A model generated the notes under the pieces. That model did no database searches. It was given only the letters and a program-made list of their open reading frames with translations, and was not told the origin of the DNA. Positions 27,791 to 42,700 of a DNA stretch of 64,000 nt are shown in pieces. This stretch comes from Botryllus schlosseri. Lineage: Eukaryota. The translations under genes were made by a program, and so were the position numbers. The stretch spans positions 34,224,001 to 34,288,000 of the forward strand of contig CM119373.1 in assembly GCA_051294905.1 (NCBI GenBank), written 5' to 3'. How positions within the stretch are numbered: the stretch's first letter is position 1; each line of letters starts with the position of its first letter.

Positions 27791-30700
27791 TTATGATACC
27801 GGATATTGATTTTAATGTTTGAATAACATCTACGAGGACCTAAGCCACATAAAAGCATCTGCATCCGTCGATACACACAAACGCCGGTTATTTTCCACAA
27901 ACATACACACGTCATAAATTTTCGGACTTCTAGGAAATTTATAAATCATCCCGGTAGGTGACCGTTCCGCCAAAGACTTGGGATAGGGGCGTTGCTACTT
28001 GCTCACGTATTAAGCTCATTCATTTTCGGAAATAAATATTTGCGCCGCGAATCATACATCATACGATAAGCCGATCAATCTGGCGGACAATGAGATTGGA
28101 CATGATCCGTAAATAACAATATGTATTCTACGGTAAGCTATAAATCGTGACCATATGTTTACACAAAGGGCGTAGTTTTGAAGTGGGGTGATTTTACCAT
28201 ACAAGCATATGAAATACTCCACGTGATGTTTACGAAGATGCAACGAGGGATAACTCACAATTTTATGTTCATTTCCTGCTTAGGCCGTAAAAATGCCATT
28301 CGATATCCCCGTTTGACATTACCAACGTATATACACCAGGCGAGTACAGGCACGCACGTTTTACGATATGCGTGCATTGGATCTAGCAAAGTTACTATGC
28401 TGTTACAATGACCTGTGCCATCAATCGCTGTATGGATTATGATGTCACTGACATAGTGGGAAAACTGGAACACTATCGGCTTTCAAAATTAGATAAGAAT
28501 TAGTATTATAGCTACAGTTTTTCCAAATTAGATTAGAATTGGTGAATTCGCAGAAACTTTGGATTAAATTCCGAATTATAAAGACATACATTTCAGCTCA
28601 TAACTAATCGACGCTCATTCTCATGGATGAGGACGGCAAATGTCAAGCTAATATGGTACTATGGCTAGTATTCATAACAATGACTAATATAACTGTACGA
28701 TATAAGCAAGGCGATGGGCTTGTTTTCACTGCGCGAATGGTATTCTTGTATAGTAGCCTATACCTTGCCTGAAAACGCCGCGAACAGACTATAAAGTGTT
28801 TTCAGGTAAGCCAAAGAATAGATTGAAATTAAAATGAAGCATGGAACAATTTCACAAATTAGATTTGAATTAGATTGCCGGCATTTCGCTATAATTATTC
28901 TAAGGAGAAACTAGAATTATATAGTTGTCCAAGGCTGCTCACAATTACCGTGACATATACAGTGTGTAGTTGAAACCGTAAACGGTTGCCATCATAACGT
29001 ACAAATGAAATGCTGAGCTGTCAAAACGTTTGGACCATATTCGCGTGTTTGTTTATTCTTGAAGGTTCGGCTACATCGAGGAATAACAAAGCACAGCACG
29101 AAATTAGATGCGAAAATACCGTATTTACAAATCCCCAAATTGATAAACTTGATTATTCAAAGCCAAGTCTACCGAACATGACATTTTCAATTAATTCTCA
29201 ACCTCGGCAACAGGTGTTATCGCAAGGGAGTATCGAAGTCTCGGGGGAGTGACTAATTGCATTGTCACGCCGCTACGTTGACCACGCGATTAACGCTGAA
29301 CATCACAAGATCACCAAACTTGGTTTCGATAATGATCATAATTTAATAACCGTTGGACCCTGGAGACGAGTGGTATTTTTAGCGTTGATTGGATTGAAAC
29401 ACAGCTCGCTTTCAAAAGGAGACTGCTTATGTAGTGATGATGAGAGTAACGCACATTACATTGTAATACAAATCATAAAAATATATCGTACATCGGTTCA
29501 GATTGGCACGAAACTGCTCTGGAAGATTGCTTGGTTTGGAACCTAGAAACCGATATGTTCAATTACCAAAACAATACAAATTATTCCTCCGACGTCGGTT
29601 CTTTTTGACACGCTGGTGACTAAGGCAACTATAATATCGACAGAGGCCAGAGGTGGTCATTACGAATTTACGATTTACTTATTCTGAGTATACTCAAGAC
29701 ATTTCCTGTACAATGTACATGTAACCGTTACTCAAGTGGCCAAACTACTACCACTTCTTCTTGTCGTATTTAAGGCAAAACCGGGGCCTACTGAATATCG
29801 TAGGCCCCGGCAAAACTATACCTACACTTCCCGCTTTTGATTTTAAAAAGTAAAAAGTAGTTTGCATACCTTTTTCTAAGTGACATTGCAATACGAGCCG
29901 CATGAAATATCCTCTGTATCACGGTAACTGAATATAGTCGTTTTGCAGAAGTCGCGCAGTTCCGTCTAGCATTTTTTAATGTAGGCACCTCCGCTAAACT
30001 GCTAAAAGTACGCGACCTTCGACAAAATCTATACTTTTTGAGAATACTTACTAGAGTGTTTTCAGGTCATCAATTTTTACACCTATACTTCAAGTAGTAC
30101 CGGTATATTTTGAAAATCACCACTTCTCCTTATGATTGAATAGAAATTCAAGACATTACCTCTACTATTTTTAAATGTAGCTGCGGAGCCCCGGTAGAGA
30201 GCATTGGGGTGCATGAGTCAACCACAAGCATTATTTTACAGTATGAATAGGTAAATAGAATGAATGGAGACCGGAAATCAAGTATAGCAGCATTCGGTAA
30301 TAACAGCGAGAAGATGATGACATTCATTGTCCAAACGCCATTTGTATAAGAGTGTTATCTTCGCTGGGAGTCGACTATATTTTCTGTATGCAAACGCTTA
30401 GCAGGTTAAACATGGAACAGCATTCGTGGATCTATTTGAAATTCATGGAATACGAAAACTATTCATATTCAATCACACAGACTACCCACGTATTAGTTAG
30501 ACATTGTCGAAATTGGCGATCGCTATACGCGATCACAATAGGGAACGGACAGCGAAGACGTAAGAAACGTGGCAAATTCATCAGATCCGTGTCGGGTTGA
30601 TCAAGGTTCAATCGCGGAAATTGTAATTCGGTCGGTTCTTTGCCGAAATCAATGACGCGGTGAAGCATAATTGTACTAATCGCAATTACATGCTGATTGG

Positions 30701-31379
30701 AAATAAGCAACCGCATATACCACATATGAGAGACGGCGGACACATGTCGAGAGTTAGGTCAGACTTGGGAATAACTTCCACGACGAATGACGACAGATTG
30801 TCAATGTTTCCCTGTTCTCCAATTAGCAAAATGTCTGATTTAAATTCCTGATTTTTGCAGTTAGTTATTCCACCCTGCTGTTCTATATTAGTTAGGGTTA
30901 TCATATTTTGAGATCCGTGAAAGAAGACACTTTTTACAACTGATGTTGACAGACATTTAAACGGGAGGTTTTCATAGAAAATGGTGATCATGCCTGTGAA
31001 TTGAAAACAATGCTGAATCCGATGAATCCAATGCTGAATTGCGTTGGGTTGGCCGATTTTTTGTAAATTGTATAGAAAGCTAGTTTAACGTTTCTATTCA
31101 GTCGATATTACCATTTTTAGTCGTCTCTGTGTCTTCGCCTAACACACAGGGTATAGTGAAAGTGACATTTGGGCGTCCTCTGGCGACATTTCGGTTTTCT
31201 TGAAAAGAGAGATCTAATCATCTTAAAAGAGAACATGCAGTGTCCCTAATATTACTCCACGATTAGACCCAGCCTATTTTATGCAAGGCTCGACAAGACT
31301 TTGGCATGACTTTGGTAACTGTTACGTTTCAAGTTGGGTACGGTGTGAATATATGCCGTATAACGCAGGGATATATAAT

Positions 31380-31892
31380 CATAGGAGGTCAAGAGATACT
31401 TTTTTATATTTCAGAGTAGCTCAAATAGGTTTTGCCTAAACTTGTACTACTTGCCCAAGTGGTTGTGCGTTTGAACGACCCCCACTCTACTTCAAAGATT
31501 GTTTGGTGGAACTACTACATTTTGTATTTCGAATAGTATATAGACAGTGGTGTCGGAATACTTATGCGAGTGAAATTTTTATACGAAGCAAGCACAAACG
31601 CCACTCTAGCGCAGTAACTGAATATATGATCGAAACGATTCGTTGTGCGATTTGTCATTTTGCGTTAGTCGCGAAGATGCATCTTCCGACTTCGAAGGTA
31701 GCAATATCCGGCTGACCACTAAAACTGTTATACATGTCGCAATCAAATCTGCTTTTTCAAAGTATAATTACTCAGGTACCTTTCATTTTCGACTTCCAAT
31801 TAGAAATCGCTACTTCTACTTCTATTTGAATGTACATTTATGGTATTAATTCGGTACTAGAGTAGCTACGCAGACTAATCTGATCACCTCTG
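31380..31892 (+). mobile_element. hAT MITE family A copy
   Basis: Ends CATAGGAGGTC / GATCACCTCTG; TSD-like TATATAAT/GATGTAAT (6/8); internal GCGAAGATGCATCTT. Confidence 0.75.
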
Positions 31893-32159
31893 GATGTAAT
31901 AGAACTAATTTCAATGATGGGAAACACGTAAATGAAGTCAGAGACATGCAGTATTTCCGCCAACGGTATAAGATATGCGCATTGCGCATGCTGATTAACA
32001 GTGGGGCCTTCACTCTGTAGGAATAGGATTTTTTTATTTTACCCCGATGCTTTTGCGGCACCGACTCATTCAGTCAAGCAATGCATGGATATACAACATA
32101 CACATAATCATTGAATAATCACACCGTTGTGCAAGGGAGGTGCGGAAAGAAGAGAGGAT

Positions 32160-32620
32160 CAGTTTATTAATATTTTCAACATTTCAAAACACCACAAAAC
32201 TGCGATACAATGAAAAGATAGGAAGGTGTCGAAACGATTTGGAGTAGTCTTTGAGATCAGACACCCACCTTGGCCTAGGCTAAGTAGAGAAGAGGCAAGC
32301 ACATTTCACACTGAATGAAAAGTAAAGCAAAGAATATAAAAGGCAAGCGACAAAATGAGTTGGCATGATGTGGCGGAAGGCGAGATCGATATGTTAGGTC
32401 GTGGTCCGGTAATCCTGAATGGCTGACTGTAGTGTTCATTTAGAAGAAATTCCTTGTATTGGATGCTTAACTTTAATGCGGACATGCTCGACGACTGTTA
32501 GATAGCAGGCGAGATGCTCTTCCACGATTGGCGTACTGCATACTTGATAGACCAATGCTTTTTCTTGTGTTCCGTCCTGATCATATGGTAGTTGTTCTTG
32601 CAAGACTTTCTAAGGCTTGC
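32160..32620 (-). mobile_element. Same LINE family, 5'-truncated copy
   Basis: Minus strand reads NNYHMIRTEHKKKHWSIKYAVRQSWKSISPAI*QSSSM, homologous to 61600-61750; shared 3' UTR CAGACACCCACCTTGGCCTAGGC. Confidence 0.85.
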
Positions 32621-33659
32621 ACCACCCTCCATGCTATCCAGTAAATGATGATACCAACAAAGGCAAAGATACCAGTAAATGATGAGGTCTCCAATATGAT
32701 CACGCCGGTGATATTATCCACAATTTAACGATCAAGAAGACGGACGCTCTATCATTGCACTATCTTGTCGATGCCAAGTGGAGATCAGCAAAGTCACGGG
32801 ATTCCGATGTCTCCTACGAAGCGAAAGAAAGCAATTTCGAAATTCGCGGATTACTGTCACGTCTAATGAATTTCACAGCAATCAATGTAACAAAATCGCA
32901 CTCCCTCGGCGCGGAAATGACCTTTGCGTAAAAGCCGGTTATGTAATTGATTTCGGCGTCAATCGCATGACTGCCAAGAGAGGAAACGTTGCTGGAATTC
33001 CACACGGGAATCGGTTCGGGGCCACGTGACTGGCAGAGAGAGAGATTGTATTGCGTTTGATATCGGCGGTTACGACTGGAAACCGCATGGGAGTTTATTA
33101 TGAAGGCTCGGGTTTGTTTCGTATCGGCGAGGTCAACGCCGAGGTCGTTTGAACGCTTTGAAACATATTAGGGCAAGGTATAAGTCGATGAACGCTTGTG
33201 AAAATTGGCCATATCACGAAAATGCGAGCTATCAATTGTCAATCGATTCACATTTAATACTTTGTATTTCGCATTCAGTGTACAAACTGTGGAATTGAAA
33301 GATTTTATCAGTCTAGTATAGTTTCGTTCTCACCCATTAAAATGGCTGCGAAAACAACATTTGGTTCCAGGAAATGTCGATGACCTGATTTGCACCATAA
33401 GCTATGGTGGAGTGGGCTAAATACATATATTTGACACTCGTGTACCGGGCCTTACAATAACTTATCGTAGGTCCAGAGGTATTTACAGTGCACTGCACAT
33501 TTTCGACACCTATGCATCGTTGCGACATACTCTCGATTGTTACTATGTGGATGTGGAGGCCGAACACGCTGGTGATTTGGTTGATGATGGACTTAACCAA
33601 GCCTTTTTATCTCTCCATTTCATCTCAGGATTAGATGCCCTTTCGAAGTGAGGAAACGA

Positions 33660-33845
33660 TAATAAACACTGATTCTGTGCGATTTGGGTATGAGTGTTGC
33701 ACACGTGTGGGTGTTGCATACGTTAAATTCTTCCAAATTATCTCTCATTTGAATATGAAATGATAACAAACATTGACTCTGTGTGATTTGCTTATGAGTG
33801 TTGCATACGTTATATTTTTTCCAAATTAGCTCTAATTTGAATATC
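33660..33845. repeat. Tandem duplication, period ~104 bp
   Basis: TATGAGTGTTGCA..CGTT..TTCCAAATTA.CTCT.ATTTGAATAT occurs twice. Confidence 0.8.
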
Positions 33846-35171
33846 TCTTCAGCGTTCCTATGTTTGTTATTATGCCGTTCACTCTTGATAAGGGGCATGC
33901 GAAATGTCTTGAAACTGATATCGAAGTTTAGTACCTCCGGTCACCTTTACTAATAATACAAAATAATGTAAGTGAATACGGCGAAACCTGAAATGGAGCA
34001 TCCTAGATCTAGAGAACAGAAACGAATTGAGGTACAGAACTACCATTGCAATTAAAATCTTACCGTACCTTACCACTATGGCGCATCATTCGCTTATTTG
34101 CACTACCAGTGGAACCTCATACCAGTAAAAATTCGTGTCAAGTGATACGCCGCATTGAAGACGTACGAATCGTACGGCGTGGCTACTCTACAAGCGCATG
34201 GAGGTCAGGCTTGTATGAACACTGAACACTCTGAACAGTCGAGATTGCGGGAGAGGATATCCAATGCGAGTCGTGACAGACGTAGATAAGCTTTTGCGTG
34301 CAGAAACATGTGTTCTTTGAGGCCTGTAATCCGGATATCAGCAACGCAGTGCTTCTAACGAGGGCGATATCATTGATATTCGAATGTGCGTAGCAATAAG
34401 GCCAACGTATAGGATGCCATACATGAATATTGGCGGCTATTCAATTCAAGAATTTGTAAGACTAAAACACGGACATTGCTTCGGTGTATTGCGAATCTAT
34501 TTATAAGTGTGTTACTCAAGCAACTTTCATACCGGTTCTTGTGTGAAACAGAAATTTTTTAATTGATTTAGAAATTTTGAACGCATTTTCTGCATCTAAT
34601 ATAGAGATAATGGTTTACTGTGGACTTGGTGTAAATAACAATATTTAAAAGCAGCCCACACAACTTGTTTAAGACCAATTATATGTGGAAGCTAAGATGA
34701 CCTTTTAAACAAAATTGAGCAAATTTTGTCGGTCCAAGTTAGCGACATGTAGCAGCATAATATAGATTAGAAAATGGCATAGTCGCGGTTCATGCAAAGA
34801 AGCCAAACAATCAAAATGAAGTAAGTGACAGAATTTAGACAAAATATTCAGCATTCTATCATCATATGATTTCGTCAATACTTTTCCCCGTGATTCACAG
34901 TATTAATTGTACAGGAATCGAGTTGGCATTAAATATATAGCAAATGGTACACTAGAGTATATCTTCTTACCGCCAGTATTATTACAGCGTAAGTAAGAGC
35001 CCTATTTCAGTCGCAATGACCCTAAAGATCACACAAAAGTCGAAATTATGAGCTATCGGCCAGTGACTGTAGATTATATATCGGAATAGGTAGGCTATTA
35101 TACCATTATTCGGCTGCTAATGCCGACCATGCGTATACAACTCTATGATTGGCAACGGGTTGATTAGATAA

Positions 35172-36178
35172 TAGGGATGGTGTGAACGTGAGGTTCACGT
35201 TCGCGTTCTGTGTGTGAACCTCGGAAATTTAGAGGTTCGCGTTCACAACAGAACCTTGGTAGGTTCTGCACTGTGAACCTTTTTCATTTATTACAATTTT
35301 CACTTCATTATAACATCTTTGGTTCTTATTAATTGCATTTCAACTGCGGGCCACTCTATGCATGGCGCTGGCAGCATTAAAAATTAACACTATAAACGAG
35401 CATGCACCTTGACAATCTCAAAAGTTTTACTTGCTTTGTAACAAATGTTTGCTCGAAATATTCAGCTTTCCGTTTGTGAATATTTAGTGTCTCTCTGCTG
35501 TGAGTTTGACTTGCGATCACACAACATCACGAGCGAAATACGTAGTCAGCGAATGATGCTTATATTCAACCAATCAATGAGATTGATATCGTTTTCTGAT
35601 GCAAAAAAGCTAGCAGGGGTACGGGGCAATCTTGACTTCATATCTTTACTGCATCACGAGAACCAAATCCTTGTGATTGAGGTGTTGTCTACTGCTGTTA
35701 AACTTGTTAATGGGGTAATATCGGTAGCAAGTATAGAAACCAGTTTTACACTCTGCTCAATATCAATGTAGCGATAGGCTACTCAGACGCCGAATACATT
35801 GTCCGGTCTGGCCTAGACCGTTAAGGCGTAAGCTTATATTCCCTGGTAAGTCCTCGACGAAATTGTTGGCAAAGCGACGGAAGATATTGATTTAATAGGA
35901 GTATTATATCCTTTGATTGCCTCAGTTGAAACATTTAGTGACGTTTAAAACGCCAACATGTACTTCTGCATTGTGACATGATGTGGCCCGAGTCGTCGCT
36001 AGGTATCGTGTGTACGTTAATATAGGCTATCACTTCATTGAAAGATTGGAATTGGGTTGGAATTAGCAATATGACGTCACGTGACGTCATGAGGTTCACG
36101 TTCGTGTTCACACAGAACCTTTCAAAAAGGTTCGCGTTCACACGAACCTGAACCTTTCAGAGGTTCACACCATCCCTA
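35172..36178. mobile_element. hAT-superfamily MITE with GTTCAC/GAACCT subterminal repeats
   Basis: Perfect 16-bp TIR TAGGGATGGTGTGAAC/GTTCACACCATCCCTA; perfect 8-bp TSD TTAGATAA at 35164-35171 and 36179-36186. Confidence 0.95.
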
Positions 36179-38428
36179 TTAGATAATATATTCGTTTGAT
36201 CTACCAGCCATATGAGTCCATGTCCTCCAGATGTAAGTAGACGACTACTACAGTATCATCCTACGTATACCGCCAAATTTGACCGCAAATTACAAGTTCC
36301 GCAAAATGAACCGCGTTGATGCCATATGAGTTTAGTCGAGTTCTAATGAGTTCATGCCATTATATAGATACAAAACCCTTACAAACAATACACATTGGGA
36401 TGCGATAACAAACCGCTGTAGTTTCTGCATAAAACAGAACAGAAGGTACATGGTGCAGCTGAATATATAGAACTCTTAGATCGAAAACCAACGCACCTGA
36501 CGCATAGGACTGTGGATTGCGTGTTCCAACCACAATTCCGAGTTCATTCAAGTTGGCGAATCAATTACGGGGCAGCTACGCAGCTACATTTCAGGCTAAT
36601 GTTGACAAATCGTTTCTGTAGAGCGGTTAACGTGCACCATGCAAATATAGCACAAAAAACGCACGATATCTTGCCACTTGAAGTAAATTTCGCGAATATA
36701 ATATCCACACAGTGGCTAAATTTGTAGGAGGATTTTTAAGTACTTCGGCCCCAAAGTGTCTCCACGGAGTTTTCACCCTCATGTCTAGGTCTATCCTACT
36801 CTCCTTCACTGAACCGTTCTTAAAACTGGCGTTCCCGGGGACTCCATGGGTTCCTTGAGCAAGTCTCAGGGGTTCACTGGAGGTCAAAGCACACAGTCAA
36901 CTCATTGAAATGATTAGTGATGACACGTTAATCCTGGCCATCATTGGTTGCAGGGAGCCAAGTCGAATGGTGACTATTTTCTTGGTACACCGTGTGTACT
37001 GTGCAGTGTGCACTGTGCAGTGACGTAGGCACGAGAGGTTGAGATTCCAAATCAAAACCCTGTCCTTCTGAAATGCCAAATCTGTCTCCAATGTTAATAA
37101 GCTTATTCGCAATTAGGCAGTTGGTATCACGGTATTGTGTTTTGCCCGAACAATACGATGACATTTTCAAAAGTAAAACATCGCGTTTCTGAACTGGTAT
37201 CTGGACAGGAACATCAAAAGTCTCACTGATTTTCAATGGATAATAATCATTATAATATAGTTCCCCTGCCCGTCTTTCTACTTCCTAGCTGTGTCGCAAA
37301 ACGTCATACTAGTTATCTATCAATGACTAGTTCATTTCGCATTCTTGAACGTACAAATGGGATACACCCATCCAAGGCGAAGAGGTATGAATCCGGAATA
37401 CAATATGACCAGTTTGAAGCAAGTCCATACAAACCTATGATTCACAAAATCTCCGGATTGATAACTTTTCTTTAGTTCAAGTCAACCCGTCGCAATTGCA
37501 ACGCAAGTTGAAACGGGTTCTTTTTCGGAAAATGCACAGCAATCAAAGGTATTACGTGGCATCGAATATGTTATATATTCAAATTCCGTAAAATGCATGC
37601 AAAGAGGGATGCGAATTAAATATTAGTCGAAACGAACTCCGATGACAGGTTGAAGAATAGAAATTTGCCCGCGTAATACATCAGAAATTGGCATGATATC
37701 GTATGATTTCTTGGTTTCGAAAGTTTCATGACCGCAGCTGGCCTACCACGGGAAAAAGCGTCGGAAACGAGTATAAATACTTCACAAGAGGTGGTCTGAA
37801 ACGATCGAATTGAAATAACCCGCCAAACGCGATAATTAACCGCAATAATTTCTGCTTCTACAACTGCCAGGGTGAAGTGGGTTCGATGGCGAAGGTTCGA
37901 AAGGGTACAGTCCGCGACACGATGTGAACAAAACTGATTTACAGTAGCCACGCTCGATATTGGGAGTTCTCAAGCCTTTTCCGACCGCAAATATTGAGTA
38001 TGCCAGACAGCTAATTAGACACCAGCGATAATCCCAGCCCGCCACAATCAATAAATCAGAAATGATCACCGGGAGTATGATGGCAAGAGACTTCCAAATG
38101 ACTGAAGCTGCCAATACCTTTAAGCGCGAGGTTAGGTCAGCGCGGCACAGTGTGCTGTGCACACCAGAATTGGGAAACTACAAAACTCTATACCTCCTTA
38201 GAAAGACTAATCCATGCGAAATGTCGGTAGTCCGATTCTAATCTAGTTTAGGAAATGTTTGTAATCTCTAATTTTAATTCTAATCTAATTTCTGGTTTGC
38301 CTGAATGTGCTACTGGGGAACTGTAGGCCTAGTGCGAAACGAGCCGAGCTGGCGGTACCAAAGTTTTTCCATTCTTATGCATATGAGAATGAACTCTCTC
38401 TGGTACATACTACCGTATAGCCCGAGAC

Positions 38429-39744
38429 CAGGGGCCGGCCACCTTTTGTGCTGTGCAGCGTGCCAAAATGTCAAATAATGTCAAATTTTTATTAACTTGC
38501 GTGCCAAACATTCAATTTATTATTATTCAACGTTTCAAGCAAGGAATACCACCAACCCTTTTTCTGCAGCTGGCAACGGAATCCGTTACGCCAGTGATTC
38601 TTGAATTATTATTGGTCTCTAACTATTATTGGTCGCTACCGCACCCGACCTATCGCGTAAATGTACGTAATATTTATTTTCAGTCGCGCAACGATCGGTC
38701 TTCTGTGGTTGATTTGGTAGTTTCCAAGTCCAATGTGTTACGTACCATATCCAATAAGTGGCAGCCGATCAGTGTTGTTACGATGATGGGGTCTGATGAT
38801 GATGACAAGTGTGCCCACCCCTGTTCATTCAAGTCGGTTTGGTGTCACATTAAGGTTGGTGTGACACTAGATTTGTCTGCAAAGGTCGCGGTAAAGCGAT
38901 AAAGATTGTCGTTGCTCCAGATATATTGTTAGCGCTTGCACGCCAAACTGAAACTAAAAGAATATCTCCTTCCGACTCCCCGAGACGAACAAGATTTCAA
39001 ATTCGTATTTCGACGCGGGGTCCCATTATTTTTCTCGGCACGTCTCATTTGATACGCGCGGCTCAAGCTGCAGGCGCTGGACTACTCGGCGCTGGTCACT
39101 TTGGCGCCTTTACAGTGGACATATCAATATCGAACGTTTTGGCCAGCATACGGCGGTTATTTTTTTTAAGGTTTTGTCGCCGCCAATCATTTTAGCGACA
39201 CATTCACCACACGGAAGTCGCATGTTGTCCGAAAATTTTTGTCTAGGTCGTGTCTTCTATAGCGTGAAAATGCCCAGCACCGGAATGCCGTTTCACAAGT
39301 TTCGATCCCGTAAGCTGCACTACGAATACTCCTAGACTAAAGCAGCCAAATGGTTTCATATGATATTCGGTTGACGTTCTTCCGTGACTGCTAAAAGGCG
39401 GTTGACTCATTTCTGTACATTATGCACAGCTTTTTAAAAACATTTTCTATATACATATATTTATTTATTAGGGGTTCCCACATTATAATCAAGACATCAG
39501 GTTCCAATATATAATTAAATAATTTCAAGATAAGTAGGCTAAAATCTGCCCTAAAAGACTCTTTTTGATGTTGATTTACGATATAATCTTGGATCGCCAA
39601 CGAGTTTTGTACATTTTGAAAGCTTCTGTTTCACTTTTTGCAGAAACACGGTCTTATGTCGTTTGCGTGAAATCAGTTGGCGTGCCATGAAAAATCATCT
39701 CGCGTGCCACGAATGGCACACGTGCCGGGGTTTGCCGACCCCTG
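38429..39744. mobile_element. hAT (Charlie-like) non-autonomous element
   Basis: Ends CAGGGGCCGGCCACC / GTTTGCCGACCCCTG; GCGTGCCA subterminal repeats; degenerate TSD CCCGAGAC/CCCTAAAC (6/8). Confidence 0.8.
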
Positions 39745-42700
39745 CCCTAAACCTACAGTCATTTCTCCTGATTCGAGCGCATCATTATACTACATAGGAA
39801 GCTTAGGGCGAATTGATCCCTGGAATGGATATCTGGGCTGGTCATAAGATAGGAGCTTGTGACACAATAGCATCCGACACTTGATCATACGGGTTAAACT
39901 TGAGGTTACGGTTGGTTTGCAGTGGGGCGATACGATACTTTTCTATAGTATAGTATCGTAGGCCCATGGGCAGATTGCAGTTAAGTTGAAGATGCCTCAA
40001 GTGTCACCAAAGGCTACCGACACGCCAAACCGTCATTAAAGTAACCTTACTTCGGCGCATCTGGTCGAATTGTTACTTAGCGAATTGACACGATGGTATC
40101 ACTCCAGTTGGAAGGAATTCCCATAAATGACTCGCTGGAATCTCAATAAGCACCCAACGTTGGAAATTGTAACGGAAATAGTACAAACCACAGTTAGCAG
40201 TCCTTCCACAACTCCAGCCATTGGGCCTTTAAACTTCATCACTCATATATCATTCTTGGGGCATGCTATTCTGTTTCTATACTCAAGACGGGATGACAAG
40301 CGCCTGCAGAAATAGGCACACACATCTTTTTGGAGTCAACACCATAGCTCGCAATTGCGACAACCGTTCCGGCGCTGCGACATTGCACCAACTACGTCCA
40401 GACTTGTCACTTCATTATCGGTTGTGGGATATCATCATTGTGTTGCAATCATCGCCTGAGTTTGTCACTGAAGACGGTTGATTGGGCTTCCACGTCGTGT
40501 GAGCTAGCACTACAGAACTCAAGTTCATAGACGAGGTAATAACCGATGACTGTGACCAAATAAGGTGTACGACTGTACTGTACAATGTACATGTACAGAT
40601 AAGTTAAGATACATCTTGCATGTAATCAGCTGCGGAAAGGATCATTCAAAAGTAGTTAGTTTTCAGTACAGTACTGATACTGAGGAACATCAACTAATCT
40701 TCTTAATTCGCTGTAGCGGATTTCGCTGTTACGTGCATGAATTGGAATATAACAATACTCCATAAGTGATTTGTCAGACAGGATCGGACATGTCCTTTCA
40801 GGTAGAAATTCCCGTTTACATGTAGTAACACGAATTGGTAACCTTGGTACAGACAGGGCCAGGAGCGTAGTCAAGTCATAGTCGACAGTTTTTAACAAAC
40901 GAATGTGATGGTTATTGCTAATGTGAGCTAGAATGTGTATGAAAAGTATAGTTGACTCTGTGGTGATATCGACCGAGACGAGAATGCTACTACCAGCAGT
41001 TGGTTATCACATAGGCCTACGCAACGAATCGTTTGCAGATTTGTGCAATAGAAGCATATATACTAGCTCAATTTATCACGCGCGCAATTAGTTGAAGTTT
41101 ATGACACTCAACTTGAGATTGAGAATAATAGCTTATTGATGAATCGCGTATGTACTGTGAGAGCGATTTAGACGAGTGTTACGTAACCATAATGATTTGA
41201 ATCGAATTTGTATGCGCACTTGAAAATGACAACAGCTGCACTTTCGCGAATGAAATATAAATTGGTGATAAATTCTTGACAAGGAGATTACAGAAGACTA
41301 GAGATGCGATGCAATCAACGATATGGAAAACAGCCCAATGGCTGTGACAGAAGAATGGCAATTCTTCACCTTCTGCTTGAATTTCGGAACAAACTACTTT
41401 GCCAGGGCAAATTCATGACGCCGAGAGAGTGAATACATTGACACTAATGGCCCGCAAAGACCCCATAAATCCCAAACACGCGCATCCTGAATTGATGCAA
41501 GTTTCGTTGCTACACAGCGGCTATAAATAGGGCGCAGGAGAGGTCATTTGCGGTATTCAAGCGCCAATAGCAGACAAAAGATGAATGTACTTATATACTT
41601 TGAATTGCGTCATCGGGCCGCTGACCCGATAACAAATCGTGCGCTACTTCTGAATTTAACCCATTGAATAGCATCCGGCATATGAATCGAGAGAAAAGAT
41701 CTTCGTAAGCATGAGCAATTGACAAGCTACGGTATTCTATTTAGGAACACGTTATTATTGCTGTTCCCATCATTCTGCTTGAGTACTCGGTCTTGATCAA
41801 TCTTGCTGTCTTAGTTCATCCTTCACTAGTAACTGCAGAGATAAATAGCAAATCACAATTACACCGTCATAGATCATGCTGCTATGCCACACCATACAAT
41901 ACTATCGTGAATACATGCCCGGGAATCAGAATCCACTCAGATCTAAAGTAACTATAGTTATATTCGTGTGTAGGTCAGTATATTGAATGCTGATAAGGTC
42001 ACTATGCGTTCAATATTGACATACCTCCCTCCAAAATCAAAACGCAGCCAAAATTTATAGCTAGCTGCAAATGTGAAGTCTGAAATAGTTGTTTTCGACT
42101 GATTATTATGCTGTTTCGACTTCTGTGGTCAATGGTCAATCAATTGGTCAATGGTCATTGCTCATGTATACTGCTAACATAGGTTTAGGCTGATTCATGA
42201 ACTGCGACATCTAGGACTTTGAATACAGGCTTACGCAAGCCACTGCTTGTTCATACTGGCTTGGAAAATTGAGATCAGATTTGCCTGAATCAGCTGATTT
42301 AGGGGGAATTGGGGCCCGCGATTCACTGCATGGTTCTACTGTAGCCCTGCAAAGTTGAGTTGTCACTTTTGACATGTTCACTGGTTTCAAAGCGATAGCA
42401 ATACTGAAAACGACCAACTACATTGTTGCAAGGTATACAAATTAATTTCAAGACAGTACCGTTGTGTAAAAAAAAAACAGAATTCTGAAACAGGAGTGCC
42501 TGCACGTTCTAATGTCACGATATTGTGTAGTTGTAGTTTCGGCGAGAGATTTGTTGTATTTCTCGCTGGAACTAAATATATAGCTTGACATCGTTGACAT
42601 GTAAAGAAACACGCCTGCTTTACATGTGTACTTTTAGATTCTAAGTACACTGGCATTGTTTGTCGCTGCAATGAGACATTAGTGGAATTTAAAACGGATA

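Noticed and set aside
38295-38350. Hammerhead-like CTGAA...GCGAAAC in family F
   Set aside because: Family consensus is CTGAAAA, lacking the essential G8, and no helix II or III can be drawn.
39391-39660. Weak resemblance to a hAT transposase C-terminus inside the 38429-39744 element
   Set aside because: Needs frameshifts, few identities, and position relative to the element end is inconsistent.
41522-41550. TATAAATA with GC-rich flanks and Inr-like TCATTT
   Set aside because: The octamer occurs several times in the window, spacing to the Inr is short, and no downstream gene structure is evident.
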